DNA of 54,547 bases from positions 1 to 54,547 of the forward strand of contig JBMNUR010000002.1 of assembly GCA_050946395.1 (NCBI GenBank), in the 5' to 3' direction. The notes under the pieces are model-generated. The model had not been told where the DNA came from. It did not search any database and saw only the letters and a program-made list of their open reading frames with translations. Both the position numbers and the translations under genes were made by a program. Origin of the DNA: Peptococcales bacterium (lineage in GTDB: Bacteria; Bacillota; Peptococcia; Peptococcales; BICA1-8). This document shows, in pieces, positions 28,218 through 38,058 of this stretch; position 1 is the first letter of the stretch; each line of letters starts with the position of its first letter.

Positions 28218-29243
28218 TTAAAACATCCTTTTTATATTTACTGAAAAATCTGGTTTAATTATACCCTGATCAGTAATAATTGCCGTTATTAAATGATGAG
28301 GAGTTACATCAAAAGCAGGATTTTCCACTTTTACCTCCCGAGGTGCTGTCCAAACTTGGCCCATTTTTCTTACTTCATCGGGATCCCTGTTTTCAATAGG
28401 GATAGCATTGCCGGCTTTTAGACTTAAATCGAAAGTTGATTGAGGTGCAGCTACATAAAAAGGTATATGATGGTAATGAGCTAAAACTGCCACACTATAA
28501 GTTCCTATTTTATTAGCCACATCACCGTTAGCACTAATCCGATCAGCCCCTACGATAACACAGTCAATTTTACCCTGCTGCATTAAAAATCCGGCCATAT
28601 TGTCAGTTATTAAGGTCACCGGAATACCTTCTTTCATAAGTTCAAAAGCTGTTAAACGTGAACCTTGTAAAAGAGGTCTCGTTTCATCAACATATACATT
28701 TTTTACTTTACCTTTTTTAAAAGCGGCCCTAATTACTCCTAAGGCGGTACCAAACCCCGCGGTAGCTAAGGCACCCGCGTTACAATGGGTTAAAATTCTA
28801 GACTCCCTAGGTATTAGTTCTTGACCAAAGTCCCCCATTTTTATATTCATTGCCAAATCTTCTTTTTGAATTAAAATAGCTTCTTGTTCTAACATTTCAA
28901 TCGTCAAATTAACATCAGTTATTTCTTTATGGAGGATTTCACTCATTCGGTCCAAGGCCCAAAATAAATTCACGGCTGTTGGTCTGGTTTGCTTTAATTC
29001 ATGTAATGCTTCACGTATTTTAAGTAAAAATTGCTCTTGAGCTAAGTCTTTAAATTGATGAGCTGCCAAAACCAACCCATAAGCCGCAGCAACACCTATT
29101 GCAGGTGCCCCTCGAACTTTCATAGTACGAATTGCATCTGCCACACAAGTATAATCCAGACATTCAATATATTCTACCTGTAAAGGAAGTCGAGTTTGGT
29201 CTAAAAGTAAGAGCTTTCCTTGAGTATATTTTACTGCATCCAA
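28218..29243 (-). CDS. mtnA: S-methyl-5-thioribose-1-phosphate isomerase
   Basis: eIF-2B-like: VRGAPAIGVAAAYG, HCNAGALAT, VGADRI..NGDVANKIGTY. Confidence 0.9.
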   Translation of the reverse strand: MDAVKYTQGKLLLLDQTRLPLQVEYIECLDYTCVADAIRTMKVRGAPAIGVAAAYGLVLAAHQFKDLAQEQFLLKIREALHELKQTRPTAVNLFWALDRMSEILHKEITDVNLTIEMLEQEAILIQKEDLAMNIKMGDFGQELIPRESRILTHCNAGALATAGFGTALGVIRAAFKKGKVKNVYVDETRPLLQGSRLTAFELMKEGIPVTLITDNMAGFLMQQGKIDCVIVGADRISANGDVANKIGTYSVAVLAHYHHIPFYVAAPQSTFDLSLKAGNAIPIENRDPDEVRKMGQVWTAPREVKVENPAFDVTPHHLITAIITDQGIIKPDFSVNIKRMF

Positions 29244-29257
29244 GCCTTCTTACCTCC

Positions 29258-30049
29258 TTAACCTAAATTTCCTGCTTCACAGGAAGCTTGAGCACACAAA
29301 CAGTTTTGTTCACCCTCTAAAACATCTAATACATTTTGAATGAGTTCTTGTAGATTATGTGTATTTTGAGCCATTGTTTCTATAACTTCCCTATGTGTTA
29401 AAGGCTCACTGGAAATACCTGCCGCAAAATTGGTAACCATTGCTATACTTGCATAACACATGCCTAGTTCTCGGGCTAATACAACTTCCGGCACACTAGT
29501 CATCCCTACCAATTGACCGCCCCACATTTTAAACATTTGGATCTCGGCTGGTGTTTCAAATCTTGGTCCATCAGTACAAATATAGGTGCCTTGGGAATGT
29601 AATTTTATATGGCCAGGACAGGTAGCTATTATTTTTTTTGCTAGTTCGGGGCAATAAGGATGAGTCATATCTACATGGAGAACTCCTAATTCTCCACCTT
29701 CATAAAAAGTTTGGCTTCTTCCTTTGGTGAAATCAATAAATTGATCCAAAACCACTAGATGACCTGGTTTCAATTTTTCCATAAGAGAACCTACTGCAGC
29801 TGTAGCTATTATTTTTTTTACACCGAGTTTTTTTAAGGCCATAATATTAGCTCGATAATTAATTAGGTGAGGTGGAACTGAGTGCTGAAAACCATGCCTA
29901 GCTAAAAAAGCCACTTTTTTATCCTTCAATCTCCCTATTTTTACAGGCACTATCCCAAATGGAGTTTCTACTTGGGATTGGGTTACATCAGTCAACATCT
30001 GAGCATTGTAGACACCAGTTCCACCAATTATCCCGAAATCAGCCTTCAT
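29258..30049 (-). CDS. mtnP: S-methyl-5'-thioadenosine (or 5'-methylthioinosine) phosphorylase
   Basis: FGIIGGTGVY...FLARHG...GPRFETPAE..GMT motifs. ATG 30049 lies 9 nt after GGAGG and overlaps the ftsY 3' end by 11 nt. The track's N-terminal extension is rejected. Confidence 0.85.
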   Translation of the reverse strand: MKADFGIIGGTGVYNAQMLTDVTQSQVETPFGIVPVKIGRLKDKKVAFLARHGFQHSVPPHLINYRANIMALKKLGVKKIIATAAVGSLMEKLKPGHLVVLDQFIDFTKGRSQTFYEGGELGVLHVDMTHPYCPELAKKIIATCPGHIKLHSQGTYICTDGPRFETPAEIQMFKMWGGQLVGMTSVPEVVLARELGMCYASIAMVTNFAAGISSEPLTHREVIETMAQNTHNLQELIQNVLDVLEGEQNCLCAQASCEAGNLG

Positions 30050-31013
30050 GATTTTCATCCTCCACCTCAGTAAATAAAGCCGCCACAAATTCTTGAGGTC
30101 TAAACTCCTGTAAATCTTCCATTTTCTCACCGACCCCAATTAGTTTTACTGGCAAATCGTGTTCGGCTTTAATACCAATAACAACACCACCCTTGGCAGT
30201 GCCATCCAACTTAGTCAAAATAACACCGGTAACACCAGCAGTTTGGCCAAAAGTTTTAGCTTGGGATAAAGCATTTTGCCCAGTGGTAGCATCAAGAACT
30301 AGAAGCACTTCTTTTAAAGCACCATCAGCCTCTTTATCGATAATTCTTTTTATTTTTTTCAACTCTTCCATGAGATTTACTTTATTATGCAATCGACCAG
30401 CAGTATCAATAATCAACACATCTGCTTTGCGAGCTTTTGCGGCTTGAATTGCATCAAAAACAACAGCAGCTGGATCAGCTCCTTCTTTATGACTAATAAC
30501 GTCAACACCCACCCTTTGGCCCCAAACTTGTAACTGGTCAATAGCAGCTGCTCTAAATGTATCCCCGGCACCTAAGATAACTTTTCTTCCTTCGCTCTTT
30601 AATTTATAGGCAAGCTTGCCGATGCTTGTTGTTTTCCCTACACCATTGACACCAACGATTAAAATGATATTTAGCCCATTATTTTGAAGGTTTAACTTAG
30701 GTGTTTCATCACCCATAATTTCAATTATTTCTTCTACTAAAAATTTGCGTAATTCCTCGGCTTCCTTTATTTTCTCAGATTTTACTCTTTCCCTTAATTT
30801 TTCAACAAGTTCAATAGCCGTATTTACTCCCACATCCCCTTGAATAAGTACTTCTTCCAATTCTTCAAATAATTCTTCATCTATTTTTCTCCCGGTAAAA
30901 ACATCAAAAACCTTGTCAATAAAACCTTTACGGGTTTTGGTCAGACTATCGGAAAGTTTTTCACCCCCGAAACTATTTTTTAATGATTCCTTTAATTTAG
31001 AAAAGAAACCCAA
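30039..31013 (-). CDS. ftsY: signal recognition particle receptor FtsY
   Basis: GVNGVGKTT, DTAGR, TKLDGT. TTG 31013 gives MGFFSKLKESL and lies 9 nt after AAGGAG. Confidence 0.95.
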   Translation of the reverse strand: MGFFSKLKESLKNSFGGEKLSDSLTKTRKGFIDKVFDVFTGRKIDEELFEELEEVLIQGDVGVNTAIELVEKLRERVKSEKIKEAEELRKFLVEEIIEIMGDETPKLNLQNNGLNIILIVGVNGVGKTTSIGKLAYKLKSEGRKVILGAGDTFRAAAIDQLQVWGQRVGVDVISHKEGADPAAVVFDAIQAAKARKADVLIIDTAGRLHNKVNLMEELKKIKRIIDKEADGALKEVLLVLDATTGQNALSQAKTFGQTAGVTGVILTKLDGTAKGGVVIGIKAEHDLPVKLIGVGEKMEDLQEFRPQEFVAALFTEVEDENHEG

Positions 31014-31033
31014 TGTTTTCAACTCCTTATACT

Positions 31034-31082
31034 TAGTGAATAGTTATTAGTTACTGGTGACTAGTGGCTAGTGATTAGTGTC
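31034..31082. repeat. period-7 array, 7 units (TAGTGAA TAGTTAT TAGTTAC TGGTGAC TAGTGGC TAGTGAT TAGTGTC)
   Basis: Abuts the ftsY SD. Confidence 0.85.
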
Positions 31083-31145
31083 TAACATAGATTCTTAAGT
31101 TTTAGCATACTGTTAATGATGACTAATTATGTATAATTTTTATCA

Positions 31146-31175
31146 TTGTAAAAGCGGGAGACCACAGGTCCCCCT
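31146..31175 (-). terminator. rho-independent terminator after smc (probably leaky)
   Basis: GGGGGACC-UGU-GGUCUCCC followed by GCUUUUAC. Confidence 0.6.
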
Positions 31176-31203
31176 TACAACCTTTCCAACTTTTCCAACT
31201 TTT

Positions 31204-34200
31204 TTACCCTGCCTCATTAAGCCTAACTGAAATAAGCTTGGATACCCCTGTTTGCTCTTCAATTGTTATTCCGTACAATACATCAGCTGCTTCCATGGTG
31301 CCTTTCCTGTGAGAGATCACAATAAATTGTGTTTTTTGAACGTACTGTTTTAAAAATGAAGAAAACCTATCTACATTAGCCTCATCTAAAGCGGCTTCAA
31401 TTTCATCCAAAACACAAAAAGGACTAGGTTTTATTCTTAAAATAGCAAATAATAAAGCAATAGCGGTCATTGCCCGTTCACCCCCGGAAAGCAATGATAA
31501 AGTTTGGGCTTTTTTTCCAGGTGGTTCCGCAATAATTTCAATACCTGTTTCCAATAGATTATCGGCGTCTGAAAGTTCCAATGAAGCACTTCCCCCGCCA
31601 AACATTTCGGTGAATACTGTATTAAAGGCCTTATTTACTAGTTCAAATGTTTCTTTAAACTTTTTAATCATTATTTTATCCATATCTTTAATTACTTTTA
31701 GTAAGGAATCTTTAGCTTCAGTTAGGTCGATTAATTGCTCCGTTAAGAATTCCAGACGTTCATTTACTCTTTCATATTCCGTAATAGCTGCAAAATTGAT
31801 TAATCCTAAATCTGATATATAACCTTTTAATTCATTAATTCTCTTAACAACATTACGTTTATTCTGAATTTCCACCCGATAATTTAACGCTTCTTGATAA
31901 TCGCAGGAAAATTGTTCTTTTAACCTTTCCCTACTTTGAGCAATTTCCATTTCTACTTTAGTCAGTTTCATACTATGTTGATAAATTTCATATTTAACTC
32001 TTTCAATTGCTGACTGTTTTTGTTTAATTTCATTTTCCAATGAACTAACTAGCTCTTGCAATTCTATTCTTTTTTCCTTTTCTTGTTGAATTTGTCCTCC
32101 AAGTAATGCTAGTTGTTGGGTTAAGCTATTTACGTTCTTTTTTGTTTTTTGAATTTCTTGTTCCAATTCCCACTTTTTCGTTTCTAATTCTTGTTTTTCG
32201 CCTAGCAATTTTATTTTGGCTGAAGAAATATTTTGTAAATCATTTTCTAACTTTTGCAGTTGTTCTTGAGCTAGTTCTAAAGATTGCTCTAAGGTAGCAG
32301 TTTTTATCTTTTCTTCATTTAAATCTTTAATTAATCCATCTTGGGCGGCAGCTAATTCATTAAGGCTTTCTTGTAAAGAATTTATGCCCTTTTCCAGGTT
32401 TGCAATTTCATCCACCTTAATCTGCAATTCTTTAGAAAGTACTTCTTTTTCTGAATTAATTTTTATCTGGTGCTTTTCATTATCCTTTTGCTCTAAATCA
32501 TAAAGATATCTTTCTTCGTTTAAACGTTTAATCTCTTGTTGGACATAATGCTCTTTACTTTCAAGATCTGCTAGGTTTAATTGGTTATTGTGTGAATTGT
32601 CTCGCAGTTTCTCAATCTTATTAATTATTTCTATCTGTTCTTGTTCCTTAATTTTAATTGTCTGTTCTATTTGATTAATCTTTTGATTTAGTAAACATAT
32701 TTCATCTTTTAGTTCTTTAATTAAGCGTTTCCGTGTTAAAAGCCCTGTTTTTTGCTTACGAAAACTTCCACCAGTTAAAGCACCGCCTGGGTTTATAATT
32801 TCACCATCCAGAGTTACCATTCGATAAGCAAAATTTGTTTTTTTACCTATTGCAACAAGGGCTTCTAAATTTTTAATAACCCATACCCTACCTAAAAGAT
32901 GTTCAACAATGGGTTCATATTTTGCTTCGAAATTTATTAAATCCACAGCTCGACCAACGACCCCCGGAAAATCAACTTTAATGTTAGCTTTCTGAAATTT
33001 AATTGTATTTAAAGGTAGAAAGGTCGCCCTGCCCCTTTTTTCAAGTTTAAGGTAATTAATGGCCCTTTGAGCAGCTTGGTCATCATCTGTGATTAAATTT
33101 TGTAAAGCTCCACCTAAAGCAGTTTCTAATGCTACTTCCATTTCCTTAGGTACAGATATGATATCGGCAACAGTTCCAATAATTCCTGAAGACAAAGTAT
33201 TGTTTTTGTTTTTTAACTCCAAGATGGATTTGACACCTTGCTGATAACCATCTCCCGTCTCCTCCATTTCTTCCAAAACCTGTAAACGTGATGCAACTTG
33301 TTGGTAATTAAGCTTTTTTTGTTCTAAATCTTTTTTTATTCTAGCTAAATTAAAATTTAAATCGGTGAGATATCTTTCTAACTGAAGTTGTTCAGCTTCA
33401 TAACTAATTTTAATTCTTAGGAGGTTCTCCTTGTCTTCTTTAAACACCTTAAATTGTTCTTTGAGCTTTTCTAAATCATCACTAAGTTTTACTTTTTTCT
33501 CTTCAAGTAAAATATTCCGTTTACCCAAAAGGTTGATTTCATTATCCAATTTAGAAATAAGATTATTGATATTTGCTTTTTCCTGCATAAATTCAATGAC
33601 CTGTGACTTATATTCTTCAAGGGTCGAACTAGAATTGCTTTGAAGACCTTTCTGCTCACTAAAAGCAATTGTGAGTTTTTGAACTATATCTAAAGCATTT
33701 TTATAATCCAAATTTAGTTTTTGTAGCTGATTCCGTTTCCCTTCTATATCAGCAAATATAGTTTCTTCCTGATGGTGGTAATTTTCCAAATCTGTGGTTA
33801 TCCGGCCAAGTTGAGCTAAAATTCCCTTTATCCTTTCTTGGAACATTTCAATACTATGTTCTTGTCTTTCAATTTCTGTATTTAAATCATAATACTTTTG
33901 TTGAAGAGAAGATATGGTTTGATTAAGTTCTTGGTTTTGGAAGCGTTCTTTTTCAATTTGCGATGATATCTGATGATATTTAGTATTACTTTCGGTTAAA
34001 TTGTCTTCCAAGCTTCTTAAAAGTTCTTTAATTTCTTTTTCTTTTTTTTCGCTTTCTTCGATAACTTCTAAAGCTAAACTAATTTCCCATTGATCTAATT
34101 CTTTTTTCCAACCTTGGTATTCTTGTGCCTTTTTTGCTTGTTCTCCTAAAGGACCTAATTGTTCTCTTAATTCAACTACAATATCATTAATTCTCAGTAA

Positions 34201-34761
34201 ACTCTGTTGAGTATCATCTAACTTTCGTTCAGCTTCTTTTTTCCGATAACGATATTTAACTATACCCGCAGCCTCTTCTATTAAACTTCTACGGTCTTCT
34301 GCCTTCAAAGAAAGAATTTCATCAATTTTGCCCTGCCCAATTACTGAAAATCCTTCTTTGCCTACGCCGGTATCCATAAATAACTGTTGAATATCTTTCA
34401 TCCGGCAAGGCACTTTATTTATTAAATACTCGCTTTCTCCCGAACGATATAGTCTTCGAGTAACAGTTACCTCATTATAGTCTAAAGGAAACATGCCTGT
34501 ACTGTTATCTAAGGTCAAGGACACTTGGGCTAGGCCTAGAGGACGGCGGCTACTGGACCCGGAAAAAATAATATCATCCATCCTTAATCCCCGTAAATTC
34601 TTAGCACTTTGTTCTCCTAAAACCCAACGAATAGCATCTACCACATTAGATTTACCACTACCATTGGGACCCACAACAACGGTGATACCAGAATTAAATT
34701 CTAATTCAACTTTATCAGCAAAGGATTTAAACCCTTGAATTTCTAAACGTTTTAAATACAA
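31204..34761 (-). CDS. smc: chromosome segregation protein SMC
   Basis: N-terminal GPNGSGKSN, long coiled coils, hinge, and C-terminal LSGGERAMTAIALLFA...LDEIEAALD. TTG 34761 lies 4 nt after AGGAGGTGA. Confidence 0.95.
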   Translation of the reverse strand: MYLKRLEIQGFKSFADKVELEFNSGITVVVGPNGSGKSNVVDAIRWVLGEQSAKNLRGLRMDDIIFSGSSSRRPLGLAQVSLTLDNSTGMFPLDYNEVTVTRRLYRSGESEYLINKVPCRMKDIQQLFMDTGVGKEGFSVIGQGKIDEILSLKAEDRRSLIEEAAGIVKYRYRKKEAERKLDDTQQSLLRINDIVVELREQLGPLGEQAKKAQEYQGWKKELDQWEISLALEVIEESEKKEKEIKELLRSLEDNLTESNTKYHQISSQIEKERFQNQELNQTISSLQQKYYDLNTEIERQEHSIEMFQERIKGILAQLGRITTDLENYHHQEETIFADIEGKRNQLQKLNLDYKNALDIVQKLTIAFSEQKGLQSNSSSTLEEYKSQVIEFMQEKANINNLISKLDNEINLLGKRNILLEEKKVKLSDDLEKLKEQFKVFKEDKENLLRIKISYEAEQLQLERYLTDLNFNLARIKKDLEQKKLNYQQVASRLQVLEEMEETGDGYQQGVKSILELKNKNNTLSSGIIGTVADIISVPKEMEVALETALGGALQNLITDDDQAAQRAINYLKLEKRGRATFLPLNTIKFQKANIKVDFPGVVGRAVDLINFEAKYEPIVEHLLGRVWVIKNLEALVAIGKKTNFAYRMVTLDGEIINPGGALTGGSFRKQKTGLLTRKRLIKELKDEICLLNQKINQIEQTIKIKEQEQIEIINKIEKLRDNSHNNQLNLADLESKEHYVQQEIKRLNEERYLYDLEQKDNEKHQIKINSEKEVLSKELQIKVDEIANLEKGINSLQESLNELAAAQDGLIKDLNEEKIKTATLEQSLELAQEQLQKLENDLQNISSAKIKLLGEKQELETKKWELEQEIQKTKKNVNSLTQQLALLGGQIQQEKEKRIELQELVSSLENEIKQKQSAIERVKYEIYQHSMKLTKVEMEIAQSRERLKEQFSCDYQEALNYRVEIQNKRNVVKRINELKGYISDLGLINFAAITEYERVNERLEFLTEQLIDLTEAKDSLLKVIKDMDKIMIKKFKETFELVNKAFNTVFTEMFGGGSASLELSDADNLLETGIEIIAEPPGKKAQTLSLLSGGERAMTAIALLFAILRIKPSPFCVLDEIEAALDEANVDRFSSFLKQYVQKTQFIVISHRKGTMEAADVLYGITIEEQTGVSKLISVRLNEAG

Positions 34762-34838
34762 TGTCTCACCTCCTGTGAGTGTGTGAGTCATAAGACGTCA
34801 CACTGACATTCAGTTAGCCTTTGAGCCATCACACTAAC

Positions 34839-35948
34839 CTAATAATTTAACCCAATAGTATTTCGATACTTGTCCAAAAAGTCCCTTCTTGAAAACACCT
34901 TTGTTACATTATTTTCCATCCAGGCTAAAGAATTTAGTGGTAGGTGGTCCATGACTATGATTTCTAATGTTAGATTGAACTTTTCTTTAAAATAAAGAAT
35001 GTTTGATCGTTTTTGACCTTTTATTTTAGATATATCTCTAGGATGGCAAAAAATAGTCAGATTGTTTTCTTTAGAATCTAGTTTTAAAATGTTTTTCGTT
35101 AAAAGAAACTCAAGTTGTTTGCGAAAAACTCTCGACATAACCAATTCACCGAAAGAAGGGTGATAAGGCCCAGCTATCAAATCTTCCCCTATAACGAGAT
35201 TTGGCGCAGCTTGTAAGCCCATGCGTATAATTGGTATATGGGCTTGTGCAAACAATATTGCCATCATGGCAACTATCTCAATAGTAGTTTCTAAGGGCCA
35301 GGGTTGATAAATTCCTTCATAAAAGAGGCGAGCTAATTCTGTTTCTCTAATGACTACTGTGGGATAAATTCTCACAAAGTTAGGTTTATATCCTATCACC
35401 TTCATGGTTGTTTGAATGACTTTTTCCATAGAGTCGTGAGGCAAGCCCGGCATTAATTGGATACCCACCTTGATTCCCGATTTTTTTAAAAAGCCTACTG
35501 CATTTTCTACTGCACTTTGATTGTGACCTCGTTGACTTAATGTCAATACTTCATCATCTAAAGTTTGAACACCTATTTCCACGGTAGTCACGCCATAAAA
35601 AAGTAGGCGTTCAACAATTTGCTGAGTAATGTAGTCAGGCCTAGTTGAAAGTCGTATCCCGTCAATAAGTTTCTCTTTTTTTAAAGATAGTGCAGTCGAA
35701 AGTAGTTCCTCTTGTAAATCTTTTCTAATCCCGGTAAAACTTCCACCATAAAAAGCTAGTTCAACGTAAGCGTTTTCAATATCCGGGTAAGTACTTCGGT
35801 ATTTAAATACCTTTTCTTTAATTTCATCTTTTGTAGGTTCTCTAAAAGAACCGGCAATCTTATGCTGGTTACAAAAAATACAGGTGTGAGGGCAACCCAT
35901 ATGAGATACAAAAATAGGAATAATTAACGTATTACTCACCAATTTCAC
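34839..35948 (-). CDS. radical SAM protein of unknown function (Elp3-like core without acetyltransferase domain)
   Basis: CPHTCIFC (CX3CX2C) near the N-terminus. Overlaps the rnc stop. Start is uncertain: GTG 35948 or GTG 35939. Confidence 0.75.
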   Translation of the reverse strand: MKLVSNTLIIPIFVSHMGCPHTCIFCNQHKIAGSFREPTKDEIKEKVFKYRSTYPDIENAYVELAFYGGSFTGIRKDLQEELLSTALSLKKEKLIDGIRLSTRPDYITQQIVERLLFYGVTTVEIGVQTLDDEVLTLSQRGHNQSAVENAVGFLKKSGIKVGIQLMPGLPHDSMEKVIQTTMKVIGYKPNFVRIYPTVVIRETELARLFYEGIYQPWPLETTIEIVAMMAILFAQAHIPIIRMGLQAAPNLVIGEDLIAGPYHPSFGELVMSRVFRKQLEFLLTKNILKLDSKENNLTIFCHPRDISKIKGQKRSNILYFKEKFNLTLEIIVMDHLPLNSLAWMENNVTKVFSRRDFLDKYRNTIGLNY

Positions 35949-36645
35949 CCATCTTTATTAAAGCTTTATGTGCAGCATTTTGTTCTGCTTCTTTTTTCGT
36001 ACGTCCCTTTCCACTGGCTATTAATTTTCCTCCGTGAAAAGTTCCGGCAATAAATTCCTTTTCATGATCAGGTCCACTTTCGGAAATTATCTGATATTCT
36101 ACCACACCATCAGGTTGTTTTTGAATAATTTCTTGCAACTGGGTTTTATAATCACCATAATGTCCGGATATAACCCGTTCTATTTCCAGTTTAAGATAAC
36201 CCAAAACAAAATTTCGAATATCATTAAGCCCTAATTCTATATATAAAGCACCTACAAAAGCTTCAAAAGCATCAGCTAAATTAGAAGGTCTTCCTGCACC
36301 GCCACCATTTTTTTCACCTTTGCCCATTAAAAGATATTGACCAATTTCTAACCGATTAGCAGCCTTGGCCAGGCTGCTTTCACAGACTACTGCAGCCCGC
36401 ATTTTAGTAAGTTCACCTTCGGACTTTTCCGGAAATAAATGATATAGGTAATCACCTACAATTAAACCTACCACCGCATCACCCAAAAACTCCAATCTTT
36501 GATTATGATTACCAACCTGGGGCCCTTTTTCAAAGACATAGGAAGGGTGGATTAAAGCAGAATTAAGCAAATCATACTTTTTTAAATGTAATCCCGTTTT
36601 AGAAATTAACTTATTCAATTGATTAATCCTTTGATTGCTTAACAT
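35932..36645 (-). CDS. rnc: ribonuclease III
   Basis: NQRLEFLGDAV signature plus a C-terminal dsRBD. ATG 36645 lies 4 nt after GGGGGTGA. Confidence 0.95.
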   Translation of the reverse strand: MLSNQRINQLNKLISKTGLHLKKYDLLNSALIHPSYVFEKGPQVGNHNQRLEFLGDAVVGLIVGDYLYHLFPEKSEGELTKMRAAVVCESSLAKAANRLEIGQYLLMGKGEKNGGGAGRPSNLADAFEAFVGALYIELGLNDIRNFVLGYLKLEIERVISGHYGDYKTQLQEIIQKQPDGVVEYQIISESGPDHEKEFIAGTFHGGKLIASGKGRTKKEAEQNAAHKALIKMGEIGE

Positions 36646-36687
36646 TTTTTCACCCCCATTAAAGTAAAATAACAAATATATTTTACA

Positions 36688-36711
36688 CAACCTCAACCTC
36701 AACCTCAACCT
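36688..36711. repeat. (CAACCT)x4 hexamer array
   Basis: Read directly. Lies between the fabF terminator and the rnc start. Confidence 0.85.
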
Positions 36712-36746
36712 TGAATAAAAGAAGGTTAGCTTAGGCTAACCTTCTT
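36711..36746 (-). terminator. rho-independent terminator after fabF
   Basis: AGAAGGUUAGC-loop-GCUAACCUUCU followed by UUUAUUC, directly after the stop. Confidence 0.8.
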
Positions 36747-37991
36747 TTATTCACTATATTTTCCCAAAATAACCGTAGCATTATGACCACCAAAGCCAAG
36801 AGAGTTAGATAATGCATATTTAATAGCTTTTTCCCTTTTAACATTTGGTACATAATCCAGATCACATTCAGGATCAGCATTTTCGTAATTAATTGTTGGC
36901 GGGATTTGACCATCTCTAAGAGCTAACGCAGTGGCAGCTAATTCAAGGGCCCCAGCCGCACCTAAAAGATGTCCTGTCATAGATTTGGTGGAGCTTACTA
37001 ATAGTTTGCCTGCCCCTTCACCAAAAACTTGCTTAATAGCTAATGTTTCAAATTTATCATTTAATTCAGTTGATGTACCATGAGCATTAATATAGTCAAT
37101 TTGCTCAGGTTTTAAACCGGCATCATTAATTGCCATCCACATAGCTCGAGCCGCTCCTTCACCTTCCGGAGCAGGTGCTGTAATATGATGAGCATCAGCA
37201 GTTGATCCATAACCTAAAACTTCAGCATAAATATGTGCCCCTCTTTTACGAGCATGTTCCAAGCTTTCTAAAACTAAAATTGCGGAACCTTCACCCATAA
37301 CAAAGCCATCTCGGTCTTTATCAAAAGGGCGACTCGCCTTAGTAGGTTCATCATTACGAGTGGACAATGCCTTCATAGAGCAAAATCCGGCAAAAGATAA
37401 AGGAGTAATAGAGGCTTCCGTACCACCGGAAATAGCCACATCTGCATCACCCCGCTCTATGAGCTTAAAAGCGTCACCGACAGCATTTGTCCCGGAGGCA
37501 CATGCACTTACTACAGTTATATTAGGACCCTTGGCACCTAAATGAATAGAAATTTGACCTGCTGCCATATTAACAATCATCATTGGTACCATAAAAGGAC
37601 TGACCCTGTTGATTCCTTTAGCCATTAATACTTGATGTTGTTCTTCCATGGTTCCAATACCACCAATACCTGAACCAAGTATAACCCCTACCCGATTTAA
37701 ATCCACTTGTTTTAGGTCCATTCCGCTATCTTCAACAGCCATCTTAGCTGCGGCAACAGCATATTGGGTAAAAATATCCATCCTGCGTGCTTCTTTTTTC
37801 TCGATATAAGTTTCAACCTGAAAATCTTTAACTTCCCCGGCAATTTGAGTCGGTAACTCTGAAGCATCAAACCGAGTTATTGGTCCAATACCCGATTGCC
37901 CAGCAAGAAGGTTCTGCCAAAATTTTTCTACTCCTGTTCCAACAGGAGAAATAATACCTAAACCAGTAATAACTACTCTTCTAGTAGACAT
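36747..37991 (-). CDS. fabF: 3-oxoacyl-ACP synthase II
   Basis: Active-site context ACASGT, plus HGTST and GHNA motifs. ATG 37991 lies 7 nt after AGAGGTG. Confidence 0.95.
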   Translation of the reverse strand: MSTRRVVITGLGIISPVGTGVEKFWQNLLAGQSGIGPITRFDASELPTQIAGEVKDFQVETYIEKKEARRMDIFTQYAVAAAKMAVEDSGMDLKQVDLNRVGVILGSGIGGIGTMEEQHQVLMAKGINRVSPFMVPMMIVNMAAGQISIHLGAKGPNITVVSACASGTNAVGDAFKLIERGDADVAISGGTEASITPLSFAGFCSMKALSTRNDEPTKASRPFDKDRDGFVMGEGSAILVLESLEHARKRGAHIYAEVLGYGSTADAHHITAPAPEGEGAARAMWMAINDAGLKPEQIDYINAHGTSTELNDKFETLAIKQVFGEGAGKLLVSSTKSMTGHLLGAAGALELAATALALRDGQIPPTINYENADPECDLDYVPNVKREKAIKYALSNSLGFGGHNATVILGKYSE

Positions 37992-38009
37992 TTTCAACAC
38001 CTCTTTAGA

Positions 38010-38058
38010 AAGTGACTAGTGACTAGTTAATAGTGACTGGTGACTAGTGACTAGCGGA
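38010..38058. repeat. period-7 array, 7 units (AAGTGAC TAGTGAC TAGTTAA TAGTGAC TGGTGAC TAGTGAC TAGCGGA)
   Basis: Begins 19 nt upstream of the fabF ATG. Confidence 0.85.

Noticed and set aside
29258-30139. Long 293-aa form of mtnP, and similar N-terminal extensions of mtaD, rnc, pta, gpr, patatin, fabK, the fabK-like gene, acpP, smc and livK in the ORF track
   Set aside because: The extensions overlap upstream genes or terminators and lack SDs. Internal ATG/GTG/TTG codons with GGAGG-type SDs at 4-9 nt give N-termini that match the family norm.
22812-38058. Heptamer arrays as a CRISPR array or coding repeats
   Set aside because: The units are 7 nt, contiguous and without spacers. No cas genes are present. 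The arrays lie outside ORFs.
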